From Candidatus Latescibacterota bacterium (lineage in GTDB: Bacteria > Latescibacterota > UBA2968 > UBA8231): a stretch of DNA of 64,000 nucleotides. The notes under the pieces are model-generated. The model made no database searches and had not been told where the DNA came from. It was given only the letters and a program-made list of their open reading frames with translations. The position numbers and the translations under genes were made by a program. The stretch spans positions 928,001-992,000 of the forward strand of contig CBDCXV010000011.1 in NCBI GenBank assembly GCA_965223905.1. Direction: 5' to 3'. Numbering within the stretch: the stretch's first letter is position 1; the number at the start of each line of letters is the position of its first letter. This document shows, one piece after another, positions 19,047 to 29,999 of this stretch.

Positions 19047-20079
19047 CTACCCGTCACCGCCTTGATTCTGCAGCTGTCGCAAGTAAGGATCTGCGTCTTC
19101 CCGGTGCTCGGCCAGCAAGTCCGCGTCAATTCGGATCGGCGCTCCCGCCAGGGTGGCCAGCGTGACCGCATCGCTCGGCCGCGCGTCGATTGCGGCATCG
19201 CCCCCGTCATCGTGGATCCCCAGCTCTCCTATGAATGTGCGGTCGCTGATGGCGGTCACCCCGGCGTGCGTGATGGTCGCGTTCCCCGTTTCCACGAGAT
19301 TGAAGAGAAGCCGGTGCGCGGGAAAGCGGTCGATCTGTACATCTTCCACAGCCTCGTAAAATGCCATGGCCTGGCAGAAGTCGACAATTATCGTGAAGAC
19401 GGAGGTCGAATCCGGGTCGATGAAAATCAGCCCCACACCGCTCCGGGCGGGATTCCGCGCGAAGGCCAGGAACCGCAGCGATACCGGTTGCGACTGGGAC
19501 TGCCGCGCCGCTGGCGCTGGCTGCCCGCCGAGGGCTGCTTGTCCTGCCGGTACCGCCGATTCCGATCGGTCCTCCAACCCCAATGTCAGGTGCTCGAGAA
19601 GGGCGGCCGTTCCGACTATGTCCGCGAAGGTACGCTGTGCCGACAGCCAGCGCGTCCCCCGGGGAGGCCTCCAGGTCCACCACGGTGATCCCGTGCGCAA
19701 CCGAGACGTGTGCGATGGCGGAATCTCCGATGACGTCGATCGTGACGCTCGGGACGGCGAGTCCGAGCTCATCGGCGATCGCCTTGAACAAATCGTGTGT
19801 CCGGGGTCGAGGAAACGGGATTTCGTGGATCTTGTCGTAAACGACATCGCCCGTGCAATCCGCTATCGGAAGCTGCACCACGCGGCCGTCCGGCCGCAGC
19901 AGAACGACGACTGCCGATCCGTCTTTCCGATACAGTACTTCCTCTATTGTCAGTTGCTCCGGGACAGGCTGCCCGTCGCCGCTGGCGGTGACCGTCTCCT
20001 TGCCGTCGTCACCGCAGGCGAGCAGAAAAACCCACACGAGCGCCGGAGGCAGCCAGGAGCGCAGGGGTACGATCCTCAT
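19047..20079 (-). CDS. Lipoprotein with two bifunctional-nuclease (DUF151/BFN) domains; frameshift near 19640
   Basis: Lipobox FLLAC; PRPRTHDL...LEASPGDALA (domain 1); AHRLL...FIGEL...IDARPSDAVTLATLAGAPI (domain 2). Confidence 0.72.
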
Positions 20080-20565
20080 CCGTGGAGAACCCGGTGCCCG
20101 TTGGCCGGGGAAAAAAGATCATGTCTGTGATGGAAGAGATGCCCACTCTTGAGGAATTTGCCCGGAATGGGGCGGCTGAAGATGGGCGAGTCCCAGGGGG
20201 GAGCTCAATGTCACCCACGCGCCTTGTCAGCCTCTCGGCGGCCCCCGATTTGTCGCTGGATTCCGTTCGGACGGGCGACCACGGGATTCTGTCACGTCCT
20301 TCCCTTTATGCTTCGGCGCGTCCACAAGTCGCCCGCGGATATGGTGCCCTCGGTCGACAACGGCGCAGGCGACTGCGATCGCAGAGTCTCGATGTTCGCA
20401 CATCACGAACAACGCTGTGCCACCGAAAAATTAGCATTTTATTCTCCTGATATCTTATCTGATAGCGACGGGAAGCCTCTTCTGAGATCGCGCCGGCTGC
20501 CCCCTGTGCACCGGGCCATGTCCGGAAGTACATATCGAAATCCTCTTTCGACGGAGCACTTACCT

Positions 20566-21724
20566 ATGTACAACACCATTTGGACCTATCTGTGGGATCT
20601 CTGTGACGACGGGATCGCCGAATCGGTCCGCTATCTGCGCAATGAGATCGGCCTCGACGCGATCAGCGTCGCCACGGCCTACCACACCTTCCAGCAAGTG
20701 CGGCCTCACCGGCAGGGCCGCAAGTTGCTCACGGGGGACTCCGCCGCGGTCTACTTCCTTCCCGACGGCAGCTTGTACGGCGATACCGCCATCAAGCCCT
20801 ACGTCGCTCCCCTGGCCCGCGACTCCAACCCCTTGCAGGAACTGGCCGAAACCTGTGCCGGACAGGGCCTCGATCTCATCAGCTGGACGGTCTGTCTGCA
20901 CACCAGCCGCCTGGCGCGGACCTATCCCCAGTACGCCCAGCAGACCGCGTACGGCGACAACCTCGGCTGGATCCTGTGTCCTGGCGAGGAGGAGGTGCGC
21001 GCCTATGTCTCCGCCCTCTGCACCGATCTCGTCGCCAACTACGGAGTCAGGCGGGTCGAGCTCGAGACCTGCAACTTCGGCGGGTACGGGCATTCCCATT
21101 TCCACACCAAGGACGGCGTGCCCCTCGGCACCGTCGGAAACTACCTGTACAGCCTGTGCTTTTCTCCCGGTTGCGTCGCCAGGGCGAAACAGCGAGGCAT
21201 CGACGCCGCGGGACTGAAATCGTGGGTCAAGCGGCAGCTGGACCAGGTCTTCGCCTCGGGGAAGGGGCTGGAAGGAGAGATCCCCTCATTCGTGGAGTCG
21301 CACCCCGAGTTGGCGGCGTTCCAGGAGATGCGGGAAGATCTCGTGACCTCGCTGATCGGCAGGATCAAGGCGGACAGCGGCGCTCCCGAGGTCTCCTTCC
21401 TGCTGATGGGAGACCGCTGGTTGGCCGGCATCAGGCCGGAGAAGATCGCCGGGCAATGCGACCTCCTCGGGGCACTGGTTTACACCGCCAGCCCGGAGGT
21501 CCTCGAAGAACGGGTCAAGGGAGCCCTCGAGCAGTCGCGGATCGAGCCGGGGAGGCTGGTCGTCGGATTGCAGGCCTATCCCCCGTGCGCAGGTGACGCG
21601 GAAACCCTCGCAGCCGTCTTCGCGCGCGCCCGGGAATGCGGGGGGGGAACAGTTCTCCTTCTACAACTACGGCGTCATGCCGCGCCCGAACCTCGATTGG
21701 ATCCGGCGCTGCGTGAGCAGCTGA
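20566..21724 (+). CDS. Hypothetical TIM-barrel / glycoside-hydrolase-like protein; frameshift in G-run near 21640
   Basis: YLWDL...ATAYH, SWTVCLH, LCPGEEEVRAY; natural C-terminus FSFYNYGVMP lies in the shifted frame. Confidence 0.6.
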
Positions 21725-21779
21725 CGCCGGATCGCGGTTTCCAGCACGCAGCCGGAGGTGGGGCCGGGAGGAAGGCCGC

Positions 21780-22301
21780 TCAGCCGGCCAGTTCCCCGAG
21801 TGCGGCCAACGCCGCGTCGTAGTCGGGTTCGTCGGTCACCTCGGGAACAACCTGTGAGTAGACGACCCTTCCACTAGCGTCGAGCACGAAGACGGCCCGG
21901 GTCAGGATTTTCAACTCCTCGATCATCATCCCCCAGTCCTCTCCGAACCGGCGATCCTGGTAGTCGCTGCCGGTGCGCATGTTGGCGATCCCCTCTTCGC
22001 CACAGAAGCGGGCGATCGCAAACGGCAGATCGCAGCTTACCGTCAAGGCGTGGACGCGGTCCCCGAGACCGGCGAGCTCTTCGTTGAAACGTCTCGTCTG
22101 CACGGCGCAGACCGGGGTGTCGAGGGAGGGCACCACACTTATGATGGAAGGCTTTCCCTCGAGATCGGCCAGGGTAATGGTCTGCATGCCCTCCTCGAAG
22201 TAGTGCAGAACGAAGTCGGGGGCCTGCTGTCCGACGTGAAGCTCCTCACCGGCTAGGGTCAGGGGTCCCCCCATGAAGGTTACGACTCCAGTGCGAGCCA
22301 T
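21780..22301 (-). CDS. tpx: Thiol peroxidase (atypical 2-Cys peroxiredoxin)
   Basis: VPSLDTPVCAVQTRRFN, SCDLPFAIARFC, EPDYDAAL. Confidence 0.93.
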   Translation of the reverse strand: MARTGVVTFMGGPLTLAGEELHVGQQAPDFVLHYFEEGMQTITLADLEGKPSIISVVPSLDTPVCAVQTRRFNEELAGLGDRVHALTVSCDLPFAIARFCGEEGIANMRTGSDYQDRRFGEDWGMMIEELKILTRAVFVLDASGRVVYSQVVPEVTDEPDYDAALAALGELAG

Positions 22302-22575
22302 GATTGTTTTCTCCTTTGTTCCGATTTCTGCCGGTTTGAGACCGGGAAACATAGACCCGGAATGTCTGTCTGCAACTCTTAGGTTGCAGACAGAGCTCGC
22401 CACAACCACCGCCAGGCCGGTTCTTTCCCTGTCCGCGTATTACAGTTATGGTTTTTACGATGTCAGACACCGACGAAACATGTGATTTCCAACATCGACC
22501 GGAACGGTTTCCAAGGAAGGCGAGGCGGTTCCCCTGTTCAGCAGGCACGGAACTTCAATTCCAAAGGAGCGATTC

Positions 22576-23691
22576 GTGAAGAAAGCAATTCCTTTATTTG
22601 TGCTGATCTGCCTGCTAGGAGGGTCGGAGCCGGGGTCTGCAGGACAATTCACTCCCTACGGCTTTATCCGCTTCGACGCCGTCCTCGACGACTCCAGGCT
22701 GTCTCACCACCAATACCCCAACTGGGTGAAGTCCGAGCCACCGGGCGCCGAAGACCACGGCAATCTGACCATGTACCCCCGCCTCACCCGGATGGGGGCC
22801 AGGTTCACGCCAGTCGAATTGGGGGAGGACAGCGAGATAAGCGGGGTCATCGAAACCGACTTCCAGAACGGCGGCAGCGAATCGCGTCAGATTCTGCGCC
22901 TGCGGAAGGCGTATTTCAACCTGAGGAAAGGAAATTGGCACTTCCTGGCCGGCCAGACCTGGGACCTGATTTCCCCCCTGTTCCCGGCTGCCAACAACGA
23001 CGGAATGATGTGGAACACCGGCAACCTGGGCGACCGCCATCCCCAGGCGCGCCTCACCTACAAACCCGCAACGGGCTTTTCCGCAGCGGTCGCCCTCGGC
23101 CAGACCGGGGCGGTGGACAAGAAGGATCTCGACGGCAACGGCATTCTAGATGGTTGGGAGGCAAGGATGCCCTTCCTGCAGACGCGGGTCGGGATGGAGC
23201 AGAAGAATTTCAGGGCCGGCGCCTGGGCCCATTGGGGGACGGAGGAGACAGCCACCCCGGTGGCCGGCAGTTCCAGCTTCACCTCGACCGTGGTGGGACT
23301 GGACTTCTCGGTATCCCCGGCCGACAGGCTGGCCATCGAAGGAGAGGGCTGGACCGGCAGCAATCTCTCCGATATCCGCGGCGGCATCGGCCAGGGAATC
23401 AACACGGAGACCGGAGAGGAGATCGCGTCCTCCGGCGGCTGGGTCCATGTCCTGGTCAAGCCGAGCGAGGGTTGGAAGCTGTATGCCGGAGCGCTCATGG
23501 ACACCCCGGATGAGGAGGCGGTGCCCGAAGGGGGACGCACCAGGAATCAGGCGGTCTACCTGGTGAACCGCTACCGGCCCTGGAAGAACTTCCAGGCCGC
23601 GGTCGAGTATTTGCACTGGACGACCGAGTACAAGCAATCGCACGACGGGGCGGCCAACCGGGTGGATCTCCATTTCACCTACAGCTACTGA
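22576..23691 (+). CDS. Outer-membrane porin (DcaP-like)
   Basis: Signal peptide; YGFIRFD, TRMG, IETDF, RLRKAY, LAGQTW; terminal aromatic residue. Confidence 0.75.
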   Translation: MKKAIPLFVLICLLGGSEPGSAGQFTPYGFIRFDAVLDDSRLSHHQYPNWVKSEPPGAEDHGNLTMYPRLTRMGARFTPVELGEDSEISGVIETDFQNGGSESRQILRLRKAYFNLRKGNWHFLAGQTWDLISPLFPAANNDGMMWNTGNLGDRHPQARLTYKPATGFSAAVALGQTGAVDKKDLDGNGILDGWEARMPFLQTRVGMEQKNFRAGAWAHWGTEETATPVAGSSSFTSTVVGLDFSVSPADRLAIEGEGWTGSNLSDIRGGIGQGINTETGEEIASSGGWVHVLVKPSEGWKLYAGALMDTPDEEAVPEGGRTRNQAVYLVNRYRPWKNFQAAVEYLHWTTEYKQSHDGAANRVDLHFTYSY

Positions 23692-23984
23692 AGCCTCCCG
23701 CGGCCGGCGGACGTCGAACGTGGCTGATCATCTCTACCCGCTGACTGCCGAAACGGTCTGGTCGGCGCGCTTCCGGAACCTTGGAAGTTGGGGCGGCCAG
23801 TGCCCGCAAAGAAAAGATCCAACCTTCACCATGCCGACTCCGAAACTGCTGGGCAGGTGATCGATTCTCCGGCCGGGAGCGTGTGGTTCCGCTTTCCCGC
23901 GGTGAACCGAGACGTCGAATTGGTCGGAGTTCATTCTGGCCACCCCCCTTATTCCACTATAAGGTTCATCAAAGCAAGGTCCTT

Positions 23985-25321
23985 CAAAGCCGCGGGACAG
24001 GCCTCGTCGTCGCCATCGTCCTCGCCTACGGGGCCTCGCGCTTCGAATCGCGCCCGGTGGTCGAGATGACACGCAGCGCGCGGGAGATGGCGAGCGGCGG
24101 ATACGGCGGACACATACCGGGAACGGCGTTGGCAGCCAGGGAGCTTCACGACCTCGCCCGGGCCCTGCGAGACATGTACAGCCAGATCCAGGACCGCGTC
24201 GCCCAGCTCAGCACGGAGAAAACCCGGCTCGAGGCGATTCTAGACAGCGTCTCGGAAGGGATCCTGGTAACCGACCCGGACAATCGCGTCGCCCTCGCCA
24301 ATCCGGCCTTGACGCGTATGTTCGGGCTCGAGAGCTGGCGTCCCGGCATGCCCCTGGTCGAGCTGGTACGCAATACCCGGGTCGAGGATAGCGATCGCCG
24401 AGACCTCGAACTCGGGAAGGGGGACGGCACTCGAAGTCGAGCTCAGCGGCGAAGAGCGCCACATCGACATCAGGGTGGCGCCGGTCGTTTCCGAGCGGCT
24501 CGGCCGGGGTACGGTGGCCGTTTTCTACGACATCACCCGCCAGCGCCGCCTGGAGACCATGCGCAAGGATTTCGTCGCCAACGTCTCGCACGAGCTACGA
24601 ACCCCCCTGACCGCGATCAAGGGCTGCGCCGAGACCCTCGTCGACGGCGCCATCGATGACGATGATGCGGCCGCACGCTTTCTCCAGGTCATAGCCACCC
24701 ATTCCGACCGTCTGACCAACCTGCTGAACGATCTCCTCGACCTCTCACGCCTCGAGTCCGACGAACTCGAAATCGAGGCGGCCCCCTGCAACGTGCGGGC
24801 CCTGGCGGAGTCCTCGATAGAATCCGTTGCCCAGATCGCCGCGCGCAGGGGCATCGCCATCGACGTCTCCGTAGGTGCGGAGATTCGTGCCCTGTGCGAT
24901 CGCAAGCTGATCGAGCAAGCCCTGATAAACCTGATCGAGAATGCGGTGAAGTACTCGGCTGAAAACGGCCGCGTCGAAGTCGGAGCCCGCATCCTGTCCC
25001 GGGCGGAGACCTGGGCCCCTTTCTCGCCGAAAGAAGCTGGAGCGGCGGGGCCTCGCCCCCCTGGCCGACGGCGGCGAAAAGAGGGCGGGGGCCATCCTCC
25101 TCCAGGTCGCCGATACCGGGATCGGCATCCCGTCGGAGGCGGTCACCCGGGTTTTCGAGCGCTTCTACCGCGTCGACAAGGGCCGTTCCCGGGAAATGGG
25201 GGGGACCGGCCTCGGGCTCTCCATCGTCCGCCACGTGGTCGAGGCCCACGGCGAGCGCGTCTTCGTCGACAGCGAGCTGGGCCGCGGGTCGACCTTCGGG
25301 TTCACCCTTCCGGCCGCCTGA
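23985..25321 (+). pseudogene. phoR: PhoR-like sensor histidine kinase (HAMP-PAS-HisKA-HATPase), N-terminally truncated and multiply frameshifted
   Basis: [64 protein letters not shown] in successive frames. Confidence 0.75.
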
Positions 25322-25451
25322 CGAACCTGCGGGGGCGGGGACAGGGACGCACAACAATCGGAGATTGCCTTCTTCTGCTGCTTCCGGGCGCGGCTTCGCC
25401 AATCACATCCACCCGACACCTCGCCGGCTTGACCGGCCCACGGAGAAGAAA

Positions 25452-26240
25452 ATGAACGCACCTGATGTCGAACTGAGACCGCCGGAGGGATTGGAGCTCC
25501 CGATCCAGGGGCCGCCCTACGGACGCCCACCTGCCGAGCTTCTCGAGGCGATGCAGGTGGTCAGCAGCGCCACGGCCGCGGCCATGCTGCACAAGATGGG
25601 AATTCGCCAGACCTTCATTCAGGGACCGCTTCCCCGCACCCCGGGCGCCAAGGTCGTCGGCTCCGCCCTCACCCTGCAGTTCATGCCCCAGCGCGAAGAC
25701 GTCGCCTCCGGCGCGGCCCAGGAAAACGTCGAGAAGTCGTCGGCGCTGTGGCAGGTGTTCCGCCACGTACGGCCCGGGGACCTGCTCTGCATCCAGGCAT
25801 ACGGAGACATGTACACCGGCTGCGTAGGCGAGATGTTGACGACCTATTTCAAGGCGCAGGGAGGAGTCGGGCTCGTCGCCGACGGCTGCGTTCGCGACTG
25901 GCCCCACATCCGGGAGATCGGCCTCCCGATGTGGCTGCGCGGCTTCACTCCGAACTACGCCTCGCAGACCCACCTGTTTCCCTGGGCCTGCAACGTTCCG
26001 GTCGCCGTCGCCGGCGTCCTCGTCATGCCCGGAGACGTCATCATTGCCGACGACGACGGAGCCGTGGTGGTGCCGCTGCAGATGGCCGCCGCGGTCGCGG
26101 AAATCACCAGGGAGCACGAAGACTGGGAGAGCTTCAGCCGCATGAAGCTGACCGAGGGAGGATCCCTCTACAAGTACTATCCCCTCAATGACGAGGGGCG
26201 CGAGGAGTACGAAGCCTGGCGACGCGGGGACGGGAGCTGA
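25452..26240 (+). CDS. RraA family / HMG aldolase-like protein
   Basis: VGSALTLQFMP, GCVGEM, DGCVRD, PGDVIIADDDGAVVVP. Confidence 0.88.
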   Translation: MNAPDVELRPPEGLELPIQGPPYGRPPAELLEAMQVVSSATAAAMLHKMGIRQTFIQGPLPRTPGAKVVGSALTLQFMPQREDVASGAAQENVEKSSALWQVFRHVRPGDLLCIQAYGDMYTGCVGEMLTTYFKAQGGVGLVADGCVRDWPHIREIGLPMWLRGFTPNYASQTHLFPWACNVPVAVAGVLVMPGDVIIADDDGAVVVPLQMAAAVAEITREHEDWESFSRMKLTEGGSLYKYYPLNDEGREEYEAWRRGDGS

Positions 26241-26249
26241 ACCGGACCC

Positions 26250-27347
26250 ATGCGGCACGCCGTGCTCCATCGCGACGAGAACGCCTACTCTCCGTGGCCG
26301 GTTCTCTGGCAGCTTCCTGACGGCAGCATCGGGGCCGGCGTCGTCACCTCCCCTGTCGGCAGTCATCCGGGGGCGTCTGTTTTCGGGAGGTTCCTCCCCT
26401 TCGTCTCCCGGGACCGGGGCCGCAGCTGGGAAACGAGCGACGATCCCGCCCACCCTGCCAACTGGCCCGCGGGGACGGCGGACGAGCAGATGGACCGCTT
26501 CGCCGCGGTCCTGCCGGACGGGACCTTCGTCGCCGCAGGCGCCTGCGGCTTCGAAGCCTGGGATGCCGGCCGCCTCGAAGAGGCGCGCTCCCTGGGCCGC
26601 TGGGTCCGCGAGATCCCGGAGCGACCGGAAAGTATCGCGGTGCAATCCCCCTTCCTCTGCTGTCAGCGCTCCGCCGACGGGGGGCGGACCTGGGAGCGGC
26701 GCGAGTGGGAGGTAGCCGGCGTCCAGGGGATGTGGTGCTTCAACCGCGGCACTCTGATGGCCGATGGAGCCATCGTCGTCGGCGTCTACGGCGTCGACCA
26801 CGAGAACCGCGAGCGGCCCTACGCCCTGCGCTCCGCGGACCGCGGCCGCACCTGGCGACTGCACGACCTGTGCGCCCACGCAGCCGCGGTCCCCGCCAGC
26901 GAGGCGGCGTTGTGCGAGACCGCCCCGGGCAGGCTGACCGCCATCGTGCGCGGGGAATCCGGCCCGCAGGACCACCATCTCCTGCAGCTGTGGTCGGAGG
27001 ACGGAGGCAGGACCTGGAGCGAACCGGTAAAAACCGGGATCTGGGGCCACCCCGCCCACCTGCTGAAGCTCGAGGACGGGCGCATCCTCTGCACGCACGG
27101 GTACCGGCGCCAGCCGATGGGGGTGCGCGCCGTGCTGAGCGAGGACGGCGGCGAGACATGGGGCAGCCCGGTGGTCCTGCGGGATGACGGCGGCGGCCAC
27201 TCGCCTCATCGCGGCGAGGGCACCGGCGCCGGGGACGTCGGCTACCCGGTTTCCATCCAGCTCGAGGACGGCGAAGTCCTGACCGCGTATTACATCACTC
27301 CCGCGGACAACGTCACGCATTCCGCGGTGACGATCTGGAGACCCTGA
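26250..27347 (+). CDS. Sialidase-like BNR/Asp-box protein
   Basis: Several SxDxGxTW Asp-boxes; DVGYP motif. Confidence 0.85.
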   Translation: MRHAVLHRDENAYSPWPVLWQLPDGSIGAGVVTSPVGSHPGASVFGRFLPFVSRDRGRSWETSDDPAHPANWPAGTADEQMDRFAAVLPDGTFVAAGACGFEAWDAGRLEEARSLGRWVREIPERPESIAVQSPFLCCQRSADGGRTWERREWEVAGVQGMWCFNRGTLMADGAIVVGVYGVDHENRERPYALRSADRGRTWRLHDLCAHAAAVPASEAALCETAPGRLTAIVRGESGPQDHHLLQLWSEDGGRTWSEPVKTGIWGHPAHLLKLEDGRILCTHGYRRQPMGVRAVLSEDGGETWGSPVVLRDDGGGHSPHRGEGTGAGDVGYPVSIQLEDGEVLTAYYITPADNVTHSAVTIWRP

Positions 27348-27430
27348 CCGCCGTCACCGGGACGACCCCTGCACCGCCCCGGGTCTTCTCCCTCGGGCGC
27401 GGAAACAGGCCGCGACGGTTCCCCGGGAGG

Positions 27431-28558
27431 TCAATCGACGGCGAGCTTCGCCCAGCGCGCGTGCACGAGGCTGGCGCCGGTGCACCACCAGATCGCCAGC
27501 AGCTCCCCGCTCGCCAGCGCGATCAGCGACGGGGCGCCGTAGGCGATGGTGTCGTGGCTGTGCGGGTACTTCTCGGAGCTGTCGTAGCCGATGGTCGTCC
27601 AGCCGCTTGCGTCCCACACCTGTACCTGGCTCTCGAGGTTCCAGGTTGGGCCGAGATCCTCCGACAGGGCCACGTGGAAACCGGGACTGCCGGCCTCGCG
27701 GCAGGTGTAGATAGCGGCGAGGCGGCCGTCCGGCAGTTGCGCCGCGCAGTTGGTCTGCCCAGGCAGGTTGGTCTCGACCGGTTTCTGCCAGGCGCTCGCC
27801 GCCGGATCGGAGACGGTAAAGTGATTCCTGAGGTTGACCGGCCCCTCGTCGGGGAGGGTCATGTCCGCGGCCCACAGCAGGGAGAAGATCCGGCCGTCCG
27901 ACAGCTTGAGGGCGCGGCCGTGCCAGTACCCCTTGCCCTCCCCGGCGCCATCCGCCATGACCGTCATGCCGCGCCAGGTGCGGCCGCCGTCCGGGGACGT
28001 GCATGACCACATTCGCGGCTCGTAGGCCCCGGAGTCGCCAAAGGCCGGCCACTGGTCGAAGGTTGCCAGCCAGCGGCCGTCGTCGAGCTCGATCAGGCCC
28101 TGCGCCGCGGTGAGGTTCATGCCTCCGGGCAACTCCTGGACCTGCGGATCCGACCAGGTGCGGCCGCCGTCCGGGGACGTGAACAGGATCGGCTCGTTGG
28201 CGATCAATCCGGCATTGTCGCTGAAGAGCCGCACCTCCGGGTCGCTGCGGTCGATGCGGAAAGGGGTCACCGTCAGGGTGCCGTCGCTCATCCGCGACAG
28301 GAAGCTGGCCATGTAGGAACAGGGCCGGTCGTCCAGCGAGCGGTCGCGCAGGTCCCCCTCGTCCTCCCAGGTACCGCCCCCGTCGAGAGAGCGGAGCACG
28401 CCGAGAGTGTTGTTCGGCGCATACAGGCCGTCGCCGTGCTGGTACACGCACAACAACTCCTTCTCGGAGAGCTGCACGACGTTGGGATAGAAGATGGAAC
28501 CGTGGCGGTACGCCGGCTCCGGGTTGACGTGGAGGATACCGCTGTCGACGATGCGCAT
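27431..28558 (-). CDS. Sialidase-like BNR/Asp-box protein
   Basis: Four Asp-boxes (SLDGGGTW, SPDGGRTW twice, SEDLGPTW). Confidence 0.85.
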   Translation of the reverse strand: MRIVDSGILHVNPEPAYRHGSIFYPNVVQLSEKELLCVYQHGDGLYAPNNTLGVLRSLDGGGTWEDEGDLRDRSLDDRPCSYMASFLSRMSDGTLTVTPFRIDRSDPEVRLFSDNAGLIANEPILFTSPDGGRTWSDPQVQELPGGMNLTAAQGLIELDDGRWLATFDQWPAFGDSGAYEPRMWSCTSPDGGRTWRGMTVMADGAGEGKGYWHGRALKLSDGRIFSLLWAADMTLPDEGPVNLRNHFTVSDPAASAWQKPVETNLPGQTNCAAQLPDGRLAAIYTCREAGSPGFHVALSEDLGPTWNLESQVQVWDASGWTTIGYDSSEKYPHSHDTIAYGAPSLIALASGELLAIWWCTGASLVHARWAKLAVD

Positions 28559-28754
28559 GAGCTGACCAGTCTTGTTTCGGGTTCTGTCGGGTACGGAACG
28601 TCCGCCCTATAATAGGCGCCCTGCAGCAGGGGTCGCCATCTCCGGATCAAGGCGCGGAAATGATTCTCTTCTCAGGGCTCCCGGGACAGCGGCGAGACTC
28701 CGGGGAGAATCCATTGATTTTGCAAAGACAGCAAAGCGCCCTGCGGCGGGGAAG

Positions 28755-28941
28755 CACCCTGTACGCCCACTTCGGACCGGAGCGGCTGTGCTGGGCCTCG
28801 GACTACCCGGTGGTGCTGCCGTACATGACCTACCGGCAGTCGCTGGAGGCGGTGCGCACCCACTGCTCCTTCATTCGCGAAAAGGACATGGACCTGATCC
28901 TCGGCGACAACATGGCCCGGCTGCTCGGGCTGCAGGAGTGA
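28755..28941 (+). pseudogene. Amidohydrolase (Amidohydro_2) C-terminal fragment
   Basis: FGPERLCWASDYP...ILGDNMARLL; upstream part absent. Confidence 0.7.
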
Positions 28942-28953
28942 AAGGCTGAATCG

Positions 28954-29984
28954 ATGCGGGACATCCGCTGCAACCGGAGTTCTTCCAGGGCCATCTGTCG
29001 CTCGAGCATGGGGACGGCTGGATCAAGCCCTGGCGGCTGCCCCACGACCGCAGGGCGCTCTTCCCTTCCCCCGACGAAGCGCTGATGGCCAAGGCGGAGA
29101 ACGCCAGCGGCGTGCGCCTGCGGTTCGCTACCGCCTCCACCACCCTGAGGCTCCGCTTTCTGCCCCTCGACGAAGGCCCCCCCGCAGGCGATCGGGGGCA
29201 CTACTGTTTCGACGCCACCGTAAACGGGGAGCTGGTCGCCACCGCCACGGCTCAGCCCGGCGCCGGGGAGGTCCTGTTAGGGGGCTTGCCCGAGGGGGAC
29301 AAGGTCGTCGAGGCCTGGCTGCCCCAGGAGATCCCGGTCAGCCTCTGCGGCCTCGCCAGCGACGACGGGGCTCCCTGCTCCACGGCCGCGGACTCGCGCC
29401 GCCGGTGGATCACCTACGGCAGCTCGCTGACCCACTGCACCCGCGCCCACGGCCCGGCGCGCATCTGGCCTGCCATCGTCGCCAGGCGGCACGGCCTGCA
29501 CCTGACCAGCCTGGGGTTCGCCGGCCAGTGCCACCTCGACGCGCAGGTCGGCATGGTCATCGCCGGGCAGCCCGCGGACCTGATCACCCTGAAACTGGGG
29601 ATCAACTGCATGCCGAGCGCCTCGTTCAGCGCCCGCACCTTTCCGGCCGCGGTGATCGGCCTCGTCGGCATCATTCGCGCCGCTCACCCCGACATCCCGA
29701 TCGGCCTGGTTTCGCCGATCGGCTACCCCCCGCACGAGACCCGGCCGAACGCGGTCGGGTACACGATCTCCGACATGAGAGAGGCGATCGACGACGCCGG
29801 CAGCAGGCTGGCGGCGATGGGGGACCGCAACCTGTACTGTTTCGACGGCCTCGAAGTCTTCGGCCTCGAGCTGATTGCCCGGTACGCCGAAGACGAGTGC
29901 CACCCGAACGCCGACGGCATCGAGGTGATGGGCGACAACTTCGACCGCGTCGTCATGCAGCCGCTCCTCGCCGCCTGCGGCTGA
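28954..29984 (+). CDS. SGNH/GDSL hydrolase; frameshift just after the start
   Basis: YGSSLT, LGFAGQC, LKLGIN, DECHPN motifs. Confidence 0.82.
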
Positions 29985-29999
29985 CCTTCAGGCAGGTCG

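Noticed and set aside
22430-22520. Possible Pho box upstream of the porin
   Set aside because: No convincing 11-bp-spaced TGTCA-type direct repeats
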